The notes: generated from the letters alone by a model not told the origin. A stretch of DNA of 41,455 nucleotides from Bifidobacterium breve (GCA_945861955.1 CAMAWJ010000003.1:1-41455), one strand, 5' to 3'. Shown: positions 18,241 to 28,698, counted from the first letter of the stretch. Translations and numbers: made by a program.

Positions 18241-19754
18241 AGGGTGCTCCCAGGTGGTCCGAGCACACGTAGGTGCTCGATGAGGTCTCCCGCAATGATA
18301 GCCCCGCCTCTGCGTGCGGCCGTGGCGGTACGCGCACTCTGCACATGAGCAGCCGCTCCGGCAATTGCCGCCGTCCACGAATCCGCTCCACGAGCGAGGC
18401 AGGCGCCGATGATGCCGGCGAGCACGTCGCCCGATCCAGCCGTGGCCAACGCCGCCGAGTCAAGCGCTCGAATTCCGAGCCGCCCCTCAGGCGACAGCAC
18501 CAGCGTGTCACGTCCCTTTAGGAGCGCCACCGCCCCTGTCGTTTCGACAAGCGCACGAACAGTCGCCAGACGATGCTCGGCAATCCAGTCTGTCTCTACG
18601 CCGAGCAGTTTCGCGGCCTCACCGGCATGCGGCGTGATCACGGTCGGGGCTGTGCGCTGACGCAGCAAGGCAGGCTCGCGGGCAACCCACCAGAGCGCAT
18701 CCGCGTCGACGAGCAGTGGTCGGTCGAGCGCGAGCGTGGCACGCACCAGTTCGTCGGTTCCTGGTTCGCGCCCGAGCCCCGGACCAAGCACGACAGCGCG
18801 TGCCCGCTCTGCATAAGCAGCAATCTGATGCTCGACGCGAGACGAGGCGAGTGGTCGCACCATTGCCTCGCGGAGGCTCCCCGCGACCGTCGGTTGAATC
18901 GCCTCGGGGACGAGCACAGTCACGACACCCGCTCCCGCACGCAAGGCCGCTCCCGCGACGAGCGCTGGCGCACCCGCCATACCCACAGAGCCACCAATCA
19001 CGAGCACAGCTCCCGCGTCGTACTTCGAACCTCCCATGCCGCGGCCAGGCAACAGTTCGCGACCGTCCGCAACTGCAATGGCGACCGGGGCAACTGCAAC
19101 CGCAGCGGGAATTCCTATCGGTACGACGATTACCTTGCCGGCGAGTTCGCACCCGGGGGCGATCAATAGTCCAAGCTTGGCGGTAGCGAAGCTGACGGTG
19201 ATGTGCGCACGCACGACAGCGCCCAGCACTTCCCCCGTCGAGGCGTCGATCCCACTCGGAATGTCGAGAGCGAGGACGGGAAGCCCGGAGGCACAGATCG
19301 CAGCGATCGCCTGGGCAACAGCGCCGGTGGCGGCACCCATCGCCCCCATTCCCAGCAGCGCATCCACAATCAAATCCGCGTCGCCGAGATCGTCTGCGAT
19401 CAGGCCGTCGGGCCGCTCGCATAGGGCAACTCCAGCTGCAATCGCTCCGGCCAGCATCGTCGCGGCGTCGCCACTCGCTGGGCGCGCGCTCACTCCAACG
19501 ATCCGCACGCTGCGACCATGAGCCTGCAGCAGTCGCGCAACCTCGTAGCCATCGCCACCATTATTGCCACTACCGGCTACGACCACGACGTGCCGCGCGC
19601 CGGCGAAATGCCCTCGCACCACCCGCGCCGCAGCCGCGGCTGCGCTGCGCATCAGACTCTCTCCCGAGCCGCCGAGGAGCGCGATCGCCTGCGCATCGAC
19701 TGCCTTCGCACCCGCGGCGTCGTAGACAGGAAATTGGCTTTTCGACCCATCCAT
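18237..19754 (-). CDS. nnr: Bifunctional NAD(P)H-hydrate epimerase/dehydratase
   Basis: GSGNNGGDG, DALLG, DIPSG (YjeF-N); GPGLG, DADAL, TPHAGE, LATAGSGDVLAG (carbohydrate kinase-like domain). Confidence 0.95.
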   Translation of the reverse strand: MDGSKSQFPVYDAAGAKAVDAQAIALLGGSGESLMRSAAAAAARVVRGHFAGARHVVVVAGSGNNGGDGYEVARLLQAHGRSVRIVGVSARPASGDAATMLAGAIAAGVALCERPDGLIADDLGDADLIVDALLGMGAMGAATGAVAQAIAAICASGLPVLALDIPSGIDASTGEVLGAVVRAHITVSFATAKLGLLIAPGCELAGKVIVVPIGIPAAVAVAPVAIAVADGRELLPGRGMGGSKYDAGAVLVIGGSVGMAGAPALVAGAALRAGAGVVTVLVPEAIQPTVAGSLREAMVRPLASSRVEHQIAAYAERARAVVLGPGLGREPGTDELVRATLALDRPLLVDADALWWVAREPALLRQRTAPTVITPHAGEAAKLLGVETDWIAEHRLATVRALVETTGAVALLKGRDTLVLSPEGRLGIRALDSAALATAGSGDVLAGIIGACLARGADSWTAAIAGAAAHVQSARTATAARRGGAIIAGDLIEHLRVLGPPGSTL

Positions 19755-19835
19755 TAGCCGCAGCCTATCGCCGCGGTTGGTTAGCCGTGCTGGCCCGGGG
19801 CGAACTGGAGACAATGCGCAAGCTACCTCGAGATG

Positions 19836-19937
19836 CGACGAAGGGGTCAGACCCTCCTTTCGCATTCCCACCAGATCCCTTGCTCAAGTCGGCGCGCTGC
19901 TGCGGGCATGCGACAGAAGGGTCTGGCCCCTTCGTCG
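19836..19937. repeat. Element with 30-bp inverted repeats (27/30 match) around a 42-bp spacer; REP/MITE-like
   Basis: CGACGAAGGGGTCAGACCCTCCTTTCGCAT ... ATGCGACAGAAGGGTCTGGCCCCTTCGTCG. Confidence 0.7.
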
Positions 19938-19948
19938 AATCCGCTCCG

Positions 19949-20416
19949 TTAGACGGAGGCTTTGGCTGCCTTCATTACGGCGCTGGCGATCTTCGTGTAG
20001 CCCGTGCAACGGCAAAGGTTGCCGCCGAGCGCGAGGCGAACCTCCTCTTCCGTGGGATCGGCATTCTCGCGCAGCAACGCATGCGCGGAAACGAGCATGC
20101 CCGGCGTGCAGAAACCGCACTGAACGCCACCCTGGTCAAGAAAAGCCGACTGAAGGTTGCTGAGTGTCTCGCCATCGGCAAGCCCCTCAACCGTCGTTAT
20201 CTCAGACCCGATAGCCTGGAGCGCGAGATAGGTGCAGGAATTGACGGGACGCCCGTCGATCATCACCATGCAGGCGCCGCACTCGCAGTCGTCGCAGCCC
20301 TCTTTGGTACCAGTCAGACCGATGTCGTCGCGAATCGCGCGGACGAGTGTGGTGTCACCCTCGAGCTCGACCGGATAGGCCATGCCATTGACCGTGAGTG
20401 TCGCTGCGTGCTTCAT
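19949..20416 (-). CDS. Xanthine dehydrogenase/CODH family small [2Fe-2S] subunit (CoxS/CutS-like)
   Basis: [14 protein letters not shown]...[20 protein letters not shown]. Confidence 0.95.
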   Translation of the reverse strand: MKHAATLTVNGMAYPVELEGDTTLVRAIRDDIGLTGTKEGCDDCECGACMVMIDGRPVNSCTYLALQAIGSEITTVEGLADGETLSNLQSAFLDQGGVQCGFCTPGMLVSAHALLRENADPTEEEVRLALGGNLCRCTGYTKIASAVMKAAKASV

Positions 20417-21324
20417 TGTCCAGACCCCTTCATGAATACGGGAGTAGCGGGAATCGGAAACTCCTCGCCGCGAGCACGTTGTGCAGCCACTGCAACAGCG
20501 CGCTTGGCGATCACACCGGCCATGGCGCGACGATAGTCCTCGTTGGCACGAAGATCCGAAATCGGCTTGGCGTCGGCCGAGGCACCTGCGGTGACCGCTT
20601 TGAGCGCCTCGTCGTTTCCATCGGTACCGATGATTGCGGCCTCTGCAGCGGGGCTGCGAATAATCGTCGGCGCAAGAGCCGTCAACGCAACCTTCGCGGC
20701 CGCCACGTTGCCATCGTCATCGAGCGTGATGCACGCGCTGGCGCCGACAATCGCGATTTCCATCGCCCGTCGGTACTCGAGGCGAACGTAGGCACTGCCG
20801 GTAAGAGCCGGCTGAGCCGGCACGGTGACGGCAACACAAATCTCACCCGGCTTCGCCGAAGTTTTGCCAGGACCGGTCCACAACTCTTCAATCGCGACTT
20901 CGCGGTCGCCCGCGGCGGAACGGAGCGTGACGGAGGCACCCAGCACGATCAGTGGACCACCCGTCTCCATCGCCGGCGAGGCATTCATCACGTTGCCACC
21001 AAGCGTGCCGACGTTGCGTGTCGCGTGCGATCCGACCAGCGCGGAGGCATCCGCAATCGCAGTCCAATTGCTGCGCACGCCGGCATCGGCACAGAGCGTT
21101 GCGTGGGACGTCAACGCACCAACCACCAAGTCGCCGCTCGAAGTGAGACTCCGCAGCGCATCGATGCGATGAATCGCAATCACCGTGCCCGGAAGCGACT
21201 TACCATGCCGTGCCTGCACGATCAAATCTGAGCCACCTGCAACGACGCGCGCATCAGAGCCGTCGCCTAGCAGCGCCAGCGCCTCATCGACTGTCGTCAC
21301 CGTATGGAATGCAACGTCTCCCAC
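20413..21324 (-). CDS. Xanthine dehydrogenase/CODH family FAD-binding medium subunit (CoxM/CutM-like)
   Basis: AGGSDL, TRNVGTLGGNVMNASP, PISDLRA..YR; GTG at 21324 with GGGAGG RBS. Confidence 0.92.
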   Translation of the reverse strand: MGDVAFHTVTTVDEALALLGDGSDARVVAGGSDLIVQARHGKSLPGTVIAIHRIDALRSLTSSGDLVVGALTSHATLCADAGVRSNWTAIADASALVGSHATRNVGTLGGNVMNASPAMETGGPLIVLGASVTLRSAAGDREVAIEELWTGPGKTSAKPGEICVAVTVPAQPALTGSAYVRLEYRRAMEIAIVGASACITLDDDGNVAAAKVALTALAPTIIRSPAAEAAIIGTDGNDEALKAVTAGASADAKPISDLRANEDYRRAMAGVIAKRAVAVAAQRARGEEFPIPATPVFMKGSGQ

Positions 21325-21482
21325 GAGAACCTCCCCCGTCCGTGACGACTGTCGTCGCGGACTGTGAGGAAGCCTACGCGGAAACCCGGCGGAGTGAAAG
21401 TGCAAGCCACGCCGAACGTTCACCAGCAAGACACACGCACGCTTGCAGAAGGGGTTAGGCTGTCGCGAGGGAGGCCGCACAC

Positions 21483-22991
21483 ATGCCCGAAGCAGAACCA
21501 GAAAATCCCTTCGCCGCCGACGTTCCTGGTGTAGTTGTCAAGCCAGCAACATACGTGTTGTTTGGCGCCTCGGGCGACCTCGCGGCGAAGAAGCTCCTAC
21601 CGGCGGTCTACAACCTCTATGCCGAAGGGCGACTGCCCGAACGCTTCCGCCTGCTCGGCATCGGCAGCAGCATGCCGGAGCACAACTTCCGTGATCACAT
21701 GATCAATGAGGTGACGAGGTACTCACGCAGCGGCGTCGATGAGAAGATCCTGGCGAGTCTGCTGGAGCGGGTCGACTACATCCAGGGCGACTTTACGAAG
21801 CCCGCACTGTTTGACAAGCTCAAGAAGAACCTGACCGCGGGCGATAGCGCACTCGGTGGCCCTACCCGCCGCCTTTTCTATCTTGCCGTCGCACCGCGCT
21901 TCTTCGGTCCGATTGGTGATTCGCTGCACAAGGTAGGGCTTGCACGTGGTGCAGAGCCCGAATCGGTCCTGATGATCGAAAAGCCATTTGGCCATGATCT
22001 CGAATCGGCGATCGCACTCAACGACGAGGTGACGGACGCCTTCGACGAGTCGCACATCCTGCGTCTCGACCACTACCTCGGCAAGGAGACGGTCCAGAAC
22101 CTCTTGGTCTTTCGCTTTGCAAACGGCATCTTCGAGCCGCTCTGGAACCGACGCTACATCGATCACGTGCAGATCACGGCAGCCGAAGATCTTGGCATCG
22201 GTACGCGTGCTGGCTACTACGACCAGTCGGGCGCGATCCGCGACATCATCCAAAATCACGCCATGCAACTGGTCGCGTTGACTGCGATGGAGCCTCCCGC
22301 CACCTTTGACGCCGACTCGATTCGCGACGAGAAAGAGAAGGCTCTCAAGTCGATCCGCTGCGTCGGCTCGGCGCGCGGTCAGTACACGGCTGGCGATGTC
22401 GACGGGAGCCACGTCACTGGGTATCTCGAGGAGCCCAACGTGCCCCCCACGTCGACGACTGAGACGTACGCCGCGCTCAAGCTCGAAGTCAACAACTGGC
22501 GCTGGGCCGGCACACCGTTCTACGTTCGCGCTGGTAAGCGCATGCCGCGCCGCTCGACGGAAATCACGATCGCCTTCCGCCCGGTGCCGCACATGCCCTT
22601 CTCGGATCCCAAGGTTGCGCAGAGCATCCGACCAAACTTGCTGACGCTCTCGATCCAGCCGAACGAGGGTGCGTCTCTGCGGATCGAGGCAAAAGCCCCC
22701 GGTGCCGAGACCCAGCTTCGTCCCGTCCGGATGGACTTCCTCTACGGCGAGACCTTTACGCGCGAGACGCCCGAGGCGTACGAACGCCTCATTCTCGACG
22801 CGTTGCGTGGCGACGCAACCCTGTTTACGCGGGCCGACGAGGTCGAACAGGCCTGGCGGATCGTCGACCCGGTGATCGCCGCGTGGGAGCAGAACGAGGT
22901 TCCACTCGAGCCCTATGTCGCAGGGACGCCGGGGCCAGATTCGGCCGAAGCGTTGATTCGAGCCGACCGCAGGAAGTGGCGTCGGCTATGA
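21483..22991 (+). CDS. zwf: Glucose-6-phosphate 1-dehydrogenase
   Basis: GASGDLA, EKPFG, RLDHYLGKE, RDIIQNH, WRWAGTPFY. Confidence 0.97.
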   Translation: MPEAEPENPFAADVPGVVVKPATYVLFGASGDLAAKKLLPAVYNLYAEGRLPERFRLLGIGSSMPEHNFRDHMINEVTRYSRSGVDEKILASLLERVDYIQGDFTKPALFDKLKKNLTAGDSALGGPTRRLFYLAVAPRFFGPIGDSLHKVGLARGAEPESVLMIEKPFGHDLESAIALNDEVTDAFDESHILRLDHYLGKETVQNLLVFRFANGIFEPLWNRRYIDHVQITAAEDLGIGTRAGYYDQSGAIRDIIQNHAMQLVALTAMEPPATFDADSIRDEKEKALKSIRCVGSARGQYTAGDVDGSHVTGYLEEPNVPPTSTTETYAALKLEVNNWRWAGTPFYVRAGKRMPRRSTEITIAFRPVPHMPFSDPKVAQSIRPNLLTLSIQPNEGASLRIEAKAPGAETQLRPVRMDFLYGETFTRETPEAYERLILDALRGDATLFTRADEVEQAWRIVDPVIAAWEQNEVPLEPYVAGTPGPDSAEALIRADRRKWRRL

Positions 22992-23920
22992 CGCGAGCGA
23001 TGTCCACGACGAAGGAGCTTGAGGCCGGGTTGCATTGGAAGGCTTCTGACACGTCGACAGATGTCGTAGCCGACTCGCTCGGCCGCCTACTCCGCAAGGC
23101 CGATCACCTTAGTGGCGATCACGTGTCGTTGCGCACGATGAACCTGATCGTCGCTCCCGATCGCCACCGCGCCACTGCGCACCGCGCCGGCACGCGCGAG
23201 ACCGCGCTCCACCCAGCACGCATGATTCGTCTGATCGAGCACAAGGAAGACCGACTCGATGCCGAGGTGCGTGTGCGCCTGATTGAAGTGGGCGACGCCG
23301 GCATGCACGTACTCGTCGAGGACATCAATATCCACGCGAATACCAGTCGTCTCGCCCATGCACGCTCGCTCGTGGCTCCACTGCTCGCCCGCGGACTCCC
23401 AACGGTCGCCTGGTTGCCGGGCTACGACCACGGAGAGGTCGCGCTTTCGCTGTCCGAAACAGCTCACGTAACCGTCTTCGATAGTGATCGAGATCCCGAC
23501 CCCGCCCGCGCCATCACCTTCGCCCACGACGTTGCGCTCAAGCATCCGTCTCGGGACCTCGCCTGGCTCCGCACGCTCGAATGGCGGCGACGCATCAGTG
23601 CAGGCTTTCAGTCCGAACAGGCCCTGGGAACGCTCGCGTTTGCACCATCGGGCGACGTCGTCGGAAACGTACATTCGCCTTCCGCCATGCTGCTCGCCGC
23701 CTGGATTGCGGTACGCGCCGACGTCAACGTGACGCTGCGACCCGGTGCAGGCCACGCACCGGTCGAGGGCGTCTCCGTTGCTGGCATTACGATCTCTCCC
23801 GGCAGTGGCGATCCGTGTAGTTCGGGCCAACTGCAGGAAGCCCTCGACACGGTGTATGCCGCACCCCTTGGGTATGAGGATGCCCTGCAGGCGCTGGACC
23901 GGGTGGCAATCGTCGCATGA
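22988..23920 (+). CDS. opcA: G6PDH assembly protein OpcA-like
   Basis: ATGA-coupled to zwf; RTMNLIV, HPARMI, LVAPLL..LPTVAW, DLAWLRT..WR. Confidence 0.8.
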   Translation: MTRAMSTTKELEAGLHWKASDTSTDVVADSLGRLLRKADHLSGDHVSLRTMNLIVAPDRHRATAHRAGTRETALHPARMIRLIEHKEDRLDAEVRVRLIEVGDAGMHVLVEDINIHANTSRLAHARSLVAPLLARGLPTVAWLPGYDHGEVALSLSETAHVTVFDSDRDPDPARAITFAHDVALKHPSRDLAWLRTLEWRRRISAGFQSEQALGTLAFAPSGDVVGNVHSPSAMLLAAWIAVRADVNVTLRPGAGHAPVEGVSVAGITISPGSGDPCSSGQLQEALDTVYAAPLGYEDALQALDRVAIVA

Positions 23921-24927
23921 GTGAGCCGACGGTTCTCGCCGGCGATATCGGCGGCACGCACGCACGTTTTGCTCGTGTTCACGCGAGCGCGGGACCTGTC
24001 GTACTCGATGATCAGCGCGTCTACGACGTACCTGGCTCGGCCTCGCTTGAAGCACTCGTCGCGCAGTACCTGCTCGATCATCCAGGCGATGTGGCCGTCG
24101 CAGCGATCGGGATTGCCGCCCCCGTTGTCGGTGGCAAGGCGAATCCCATCAACCTCCCCTGGGCGGTCTCGGAGGATGAGGTGCGTTCTGCAATCGGTCA
24201 CGCCGACGGCTTCCTGCTCAACGACCTGCTGGCAAATGCGTGGGGCATCAGCGAACTCGGGCCCGACCAATTCGAGGAACTGCAGCCGGACACGATTGGA
24301 CTCGGAGGCAACCGGGCAGTCTGCTCCGCGGGCACGGGTCTCGGCATTGCCGGAATGGTCGCGATCGGCGACCGCTGGCAGCCATTCGCCAGCGAAGGCG
24401 GCCACATCGACTACGGCCCACGTGGAACTCACGAGGATGCGCTGTTGCTGTACCTCCGCGAGCACTACCCCGACTGGGAGCACGTCAGCGCCGAGCGCGT
24501 CGTCTCGGGCCCTGGTCTCGTCCACATTTGGGAGTTCGTCACACAGACGGAGCGCGCACAGGCCGGAGCCGACCTGTTGGCCGCGATGGCTTCTGGCAAC
24601 CCCGGAGTTGCAATCTCACAGGCCGCCCTTGCAGGCTCCGACCCCAGCGCCGAGCTCGCGCTGGAGATGTTTGTGCACGCGTACGGTGCACAAGCTGGCA
24701 ACCTCGCACTCGTCTTGCTCTCGACGGGAGGCATGTACATCGGTGGTGGCATCGCTCCGCAGATCCTGCCGATTCTTCGTCGCGGCGGGTTCTTGAAGGC
24801 GTTTCAAGCCAAGGGACGCTACGACGGCCTGCTCGAGAACATGGCGGTCCGTGTGATCCTCGACGATCTCTGCGCGCTGCGCGGCTCGGCCCGCTTCGCC
24901 CTCACCCATTTAGAAGAGCGAGGCTAA
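23917..24927 (+). CDS. glk: Glucokinase (E. coli Glk type)
   Basis: AGDIGGTHARF, LLND, GTGLG, SEGGH, SAERVVSGPG, YIGGGIAP. Confidence 0.93.
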   Translation: MSEPTVLAGDIGGTHARFARVHASAGPVVLDDQRVYDVPGSASLEALVAQYLLDHPGDVAVAAIGIAAPVVGGKANPINLPWAVSEDEVRSAIGHADGFLLNDLLANAWGISELGPDQFEELQPDTIGLGGNRAVCSAGTGLGIAGMVAIGDRWQPFASEGGHIDYGPRGTHEDALLLYLREHYPDWEHVSAERVVSGPGLVHIWEFVTQTERAQAGADLLAAMASGNPGVAISQAALAGSDPSAELALEMFVHAYGAQAGNLALVLLSTGGMYIGGGIAPQILPILRRGGFLKAFQAKGRYDGLLENMAVRVILDDLCALRGSARFALTHLEERG

Positions 24928-24929
24928 CC

Positions 24930-25286
24930 ATGCAGGTGCGTAACCTTGATCGCGACGCGGAGCCCTTCATCACTGCGGACGGCTCGACGATTCGCGAGCT
25001 CCTCAACGTCGTGCACCCACCGACGCGGAATCAGAGCCTCGCGGAGGCCTCTTTACCCGCGGGCACCGCCACAGTGCGCCATCACCACGCGGTAGCCGAG
25101 GAGATCTACTTCATCCTCGAGGGCACAGCCACAATGGAACTCGACGGCGACCAGCGCGAAGTGGCACCGGGCGACGCGATTTTGATCCCACCCGGCGCCT
25201 GGCACCAGATTTCTGCACACACAGACCTCCGCCTCTTGTGCTGCTGCGCGCCACCCTATCGTCACGAGGACACGTACTTCGACTGA
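24930..25286 (+). CDS. Cupin domain protein
   Basis: HHHAVAEEIYFILEG...GDAILIPPGAWHQI (both cupin motifs). Confidence 0.88.
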   Translation: MQVRNLDRDAEPFITADGSTIRELLNVVHPPTRNQSLAEASLPAGTATVRHHHAVAEEIYFILEGTATMELDGDQREVAPGDAILIPPGAWHQISAHTDLRLLCCCAPPYRHEDTYFD

Positions 25287-25325
25287 ATCGGTATTCTGCA
25301 GCCACACGTACTGGAGGGAACAACT

Positions 25326-26399
25326 GTGGCTGGCATGGGCATCGATGGAATTAGCGAGATCCTCGGCGACAAAGCCGACGATCTGCTCGGACACACCTGC
25401 ACGACGATCGACAAGGATCGCCTGCACCTCCCAGGCCCCGACTTCGTTGAGCGCGTGATGCGCGACAGTGATCGCTCGGTGCCAGTACTCCGCAATGTGC
25501 AGACGATGTACAACGCTGGGCGCCTCGGCGGCACCGGCTACCTCTCGATCTTGCCGGTCGATCAGGGCATCGAGCATTCGGCGGGCGCCTCGTTCGCTAA
25601 AAATCCCGACTACTTCGACCCGGCCAACATTGTCGAGCTCGCGATCGAAGGCGGCTGCAACGCAGTCGCCTCGACCTTGGGCGTGCTTGGCTCGGTCTCC
25701 CGCAAATATGCGCATCGCATTCCGATGATGCTGAAGCTCAACCACAACGAGTTCCTCAGCTATCCGAACGGCTATGACCAGATCATGTTCGCCTCGGTCA
25801 ATCAGGCGTTCGAGATGGGCGCAGTCGCGGTCGGCGCCACGGTCTACTTTGGCTCGGAAGAGTCGAAGCGCCAGATCATGGAAGTCTCTGACGCCTTCCA
25901 GGCTGCCCACGAGTTGGGCATGGCGACCGTGCTTTGGTGCTACCTCCGCAACAGCGCCTTCTCGGCCAAGGATGGTGGCCCCGACTATCACGCCGCAGCC
26001 GATCTGACGAGCCAAGCCAACCACCTCGGCGTCACGATCCAAGCCGACATCATCAAGCAGAAGGCGCCCGAGACGGCAGCCCCAGGCTTCCTCGACATCA
26101 ACTTCGGTAAGACCGACAAGCGCGTCTACGAAAACCTGATGACGCCTCATCCGATCGACATGACCCGCTATCAGCTCGCTGGTTGCTACATGGGCCGCGC
26201 AGGACTGATCAACTCGGGCGGTGCCTCGGGCGACAACGATCTGCACGACGCAGTCTCGACGGCGGTCGTCAACAAGCGCGCAGGCGGCATGGGCATGATC
26301 TCCGGCCGCAAGGCGTTCCAGCGACCGCGTGCCGAGGGCATTGCTCTCCTCAACGCGATCCAGGACGTCTACCTCTGCGACGACGTCACAATCGCGTAA
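25326..26399 (+). CDS. fbaB: Class I fructose-bisphosphate aldolase (FbaB/DhnA type)
   Basis: [49 protein letters not shown]. Confidence 0.95.
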   Translation: MAGMGIDGISEILGDKADDLLGHTCTTIDKDRLHLPGPDFVERVMRDSDRSVPVLRNVQTMYNAGRLGGTGYLSILPVDQGIEHSAGASFAKNPDYFDPANIVELAIEGGCNAVASTLGVLGSVSRKYAHRIPMMLKLNHNEFLSYPNGYDQIMFASVNQAFEMGAVAVGATVYFGSEESKRQIMEVSDAFQAAHELGMATVLWCYLRNSAFSAKDGGPDYHAAADLTSQANHLGVTIQADIIKQKAPETAAPGFLDINFGKTDKRVYENLMTPHPIDMTRYQLAGCYMGRAGLINSGGASGDNDLHDAVSTAVVNKRAGGMGMISGRKAFQRPRAEGIALLNAIQDVYLCDDVTIA

Positions 26400-26402
26400 G
26401 CC

Positions 26403-26504
26403 CTAGGCGGACATCACATCCGCGCGGTTGTGATGTCCGCCTAGATCAACGGTCGCTGGCCAACAACAGGACATCACAACCGCGCGGATGTGATGTCCGC
26501 CTAG
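26403..26504. repeat. Doublet of REP-like palindromes (26403-26444 and 26469-26504) in opposite orientation
   Basis: CTAGGCGGACATCACAtCCGCGCGGtTGTGATGTCCGCCTAG and GGACATCACAaCCGCGCGGaTGTGATGTCCGCCTAG. Confidence 0.85.
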
Positions 26505-26565
26505 TCCTCTACATGCCGTATGCGCGCTAGGATTGGCACGAATCCGAGACCGACGAGGACAACTC

Positions 26566-27345
26566 ATGGCCGACAAAGCAAAAACACCACCTCCCCCGAA
26601 GAAGCCGTACACCAAGGATGGTGGGTCGCGCCGCAACCTCTGGGTGATCATCGGTGTCGCTGCAGTCGTCGCCGCGATCGCTGCTGGGGTGCTGATCTAC
26701 GTCTCCCAGCAGTCGAGCACCCCCAGCAATGGGAGCGGTGCCAGCGCAACCGACGTCGCAGCTGGCAAGCTGAAGGGCGTCAAAGAGGTCACCGCACGCT
26801 TTGAGGGCATCCCACAGAACGGCAACACCCTCGGCGATCCAGCCGCGCCGGTCACGATCACGGAGTACGCCGATCTACGTTGTCCAGCCTGCCAGAGTTT
26901 CGCTCTCGACCAAATGCCTCAGGTCATCACCGACCTCGTCAAGTCCGGCCAGGCCAAGTATCAGTTTCGGATCTGGCCCATCCTAGGGACGGATTCCGTG
27001 TCGGCGGCACAATGTGGCATCGCAGCGCAGCAGCAGAACAAGCTGTTTGAGTATCAGGACATCTGGTACATCAACCAGCAGGACGAGATGACCGACTATG
27101 CAACGCCCGCCTTCTGCAACGGCATTGCCACGTCGCTCGGTCTCGATCTGACCACGTTCGATAAGGACCGCCAGAACGAGACTCTCTGGAGCCCCGAGAT
27201 TCAGGACGTCCAAGTCGTCGCGGCCCAGCAGGGCTTCGGTGGTACGCCGTCATTCATCATCACCGGCCCCAAGGGTGAGAAGGTTCTGGGTGGAGCGATT
27301 CCAACGGCCGAGACTATCGCCGCAACAGTCAAAGCCGTCTCCTAA
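26566..27345 (+). CDS. Membrane-anchored DsbA/thioredoxin-fold oxidoreductase
   Basis: N-terminal TM, LGDPAAPVTITEYADLRCPAC (CxxC), GTPSF (cis-Pro); RBS GAGGA. Confidence 0.9.
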   Translation: MADKAKTPPPPKKPYTKDGGSRRNLWVIIGVAAVVAAIAAGVLIYVSQQSSTPSNGSGASATDVAAGKLKGVKEVTARFEGIPQNGNTLGDPAAPVTITEYADLRCPACQSFALDQMPQVITDLVKSGQAKYQFRIWPILGTDSVSAAQCGIAAQQQNKLFEYQDIWYINQQDEMTDYATPAFCNGIATSLGLDLTTFDKDRQNETLWSPEIQDVQVVAAQQGFGGTPSFIITGPKGEKVLGGAIPTAETIAATVKAVS

Positions 27346-27348
27346 CGC

Positions 27349-28698
27349 GTGGAGGTCCCCACCGTCGACGCGGTTGCCGAATCGCCAAGCGCGATCTGGC
27401 GCCGCGTCGAGGGGGCACTTGAGGACTTGGGCGGCGGCGTTGTTGAAGCCGAGGTACAGAAGTGTTTCCGCGCCTCGTCTGGGCACGTCTATCTCGATCT
27501 GACCGATGGCGAGGCGCTCGTCAAGTGCGTGATCTGGAAGAGCAACGCCGACCGGATTACCGAGCTGCCTCACGAAGGCCAACTGATCCAGGCGCGCTAC
27601 TCAAAGATTCGCGTCTACGCCAAAAATGGTTCGGTCTCGCTCGACGTCAATGCGATTCGCGGTGCCGGCGAAGGCGAGCTGCTCGCCCGTGTCCATGAGG
27701 CACTCGCACGGTTGGTGGCAGATGGACTCACTGATCCGGAGAGCAAGCTCCCCATCCCCCGCTTTCCTCGCCGTGTCGGACTTGTGACGGGCCGCGGCTC
27801 GGACGCTGAGGCAGATGTCATCCGCGCCCTTCGGGATCGCTTTGCACCAACTCGAATCGCCGTCTCCTACTCCCTCGTCCAAGGCGTTAACGCCGTGCCC
27901 GAGCTGATCGACGCCTTGGCGCGGCTCGACATGGAGCCCGACGTGGATGTGATCATTCTGGCCCGCGGCGGTGGCAGCGTCGAAGACCTGCTCCCCTTCT
28001 CTGACGAGCGTCTCTGCCGTGCAATCGCTGCACTCGGAACACCCGTCGTGACGTCAATTGGCCACACCAAGCAGCGTCCGAACTGCGACCACGTCGCCAG
28101 CGCCGCCGCCGAGGTGCCCGCCCGGGCCGCCGAGCGCGTGGTGCCAAGCGCCGCCGAGCTTGTCGAGCGAATCGACCGTCGCATTGCGGAGCTGACGGGG
28201 ATCGCGTGGGGTGCTCTCGCGACAGCCGAGGCTCAGATCGACCGCAGCGCGATGCGTCCGGCTGGACAGGCTGCGCTGATTGCCCGTCTCGGACGCATCG
28301 ACCTTGCCGGACAGTCTCTCTCCCACGCGTTGACGATCGCCGCGACCGCGCCGCGCGAACGCATCACACGGAGTGCCACGACGATGCTTCAGGCGCTGCA
28401 GGCCGTCCCCCGCGCAGCCTCGCTCGATGCCGTCCGCGAACGTCTTGGCCGCGCCACAGGCGCCCTGCGCCACCAACTAGCGCTCGGTGCGACTTCACTC
28501 ACCGGCGCGCTCAACCTCGTGCGGGCACGCGATTGGCGCGAACGCGGGTTCGCGCTGGTTCGCCTCGCAACGGGCGACCTCGTGCCCAGCACCGACGGTC
28601 TCGCTGCCGGACAACATGTGACCATTCAGTTGAAGGGCGGAACGCTTGCTGCAACCATCGAGCACGTCCACCCCGACGAGACGGAGACCGAGCAATGA
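27349..28698 (+). CDS. xseA: Exodeoxyribonuclease VII large subunit
   Basis: SGHVYL, LVQG, ARGGGSVEDL..F, SIGH. Confidence 0.93.
   Translation: MEVPTVDAVAESPSAIWRRVEGALEDLGGGVVEAEVQKCFRASSGHVYLDLTDGEALVKCVIWKSNADRITELPHEGQLIQARYSKIRVYAKNGSVSLDVNAIRGAGEGELLARVHEALARLVADGLTDPESKLPIPRFPRRVGLVTGRGSDAEADVIRALRDRFAPTRIAVSYSLVQGVNAVPELIDALARLDMEPDVDVIILARGGGSVEDLLPFSDERLCRAIAALGTPVVTSIGHTKQRPNCDHVASAAAEVPARAAERVVPSAAELVERIDRRIAELTGIAWGALATAEAQIDRSAMRPAGQAALIARLGRIDLAGQSLSHALTIAATAPRERITRSATTMLQALQAVPRAASLDAVRERLGRATGALRHQLALGATSLTGALNLVRARDWRERGFALVRLATGDLVPSTDGLAAGQHVTIQLKGGTLAATIEHVHPDETETEQ

Noticed and set aside
19949-21324. Aerobic CO dehydrogenase call
   Set aside because: Substrate cannot be assigned without the large subunit and its active-site motif.
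24240-24929. Long N-terminal extension of the cupin ORF (likewise the extensions on xseB, mrdA, nnr, coxM, the CBS protein and the cysteine hydrolase)
   Set aside because: These extensions overlap neighbouring genes or promoters; better internal starts with an RBS, stop-start coupling or a -10 box exist.
26403-26504. CRISPR array
   Set aside because: Only two units, in inverted orientation and fully palindromic; no cas genes.
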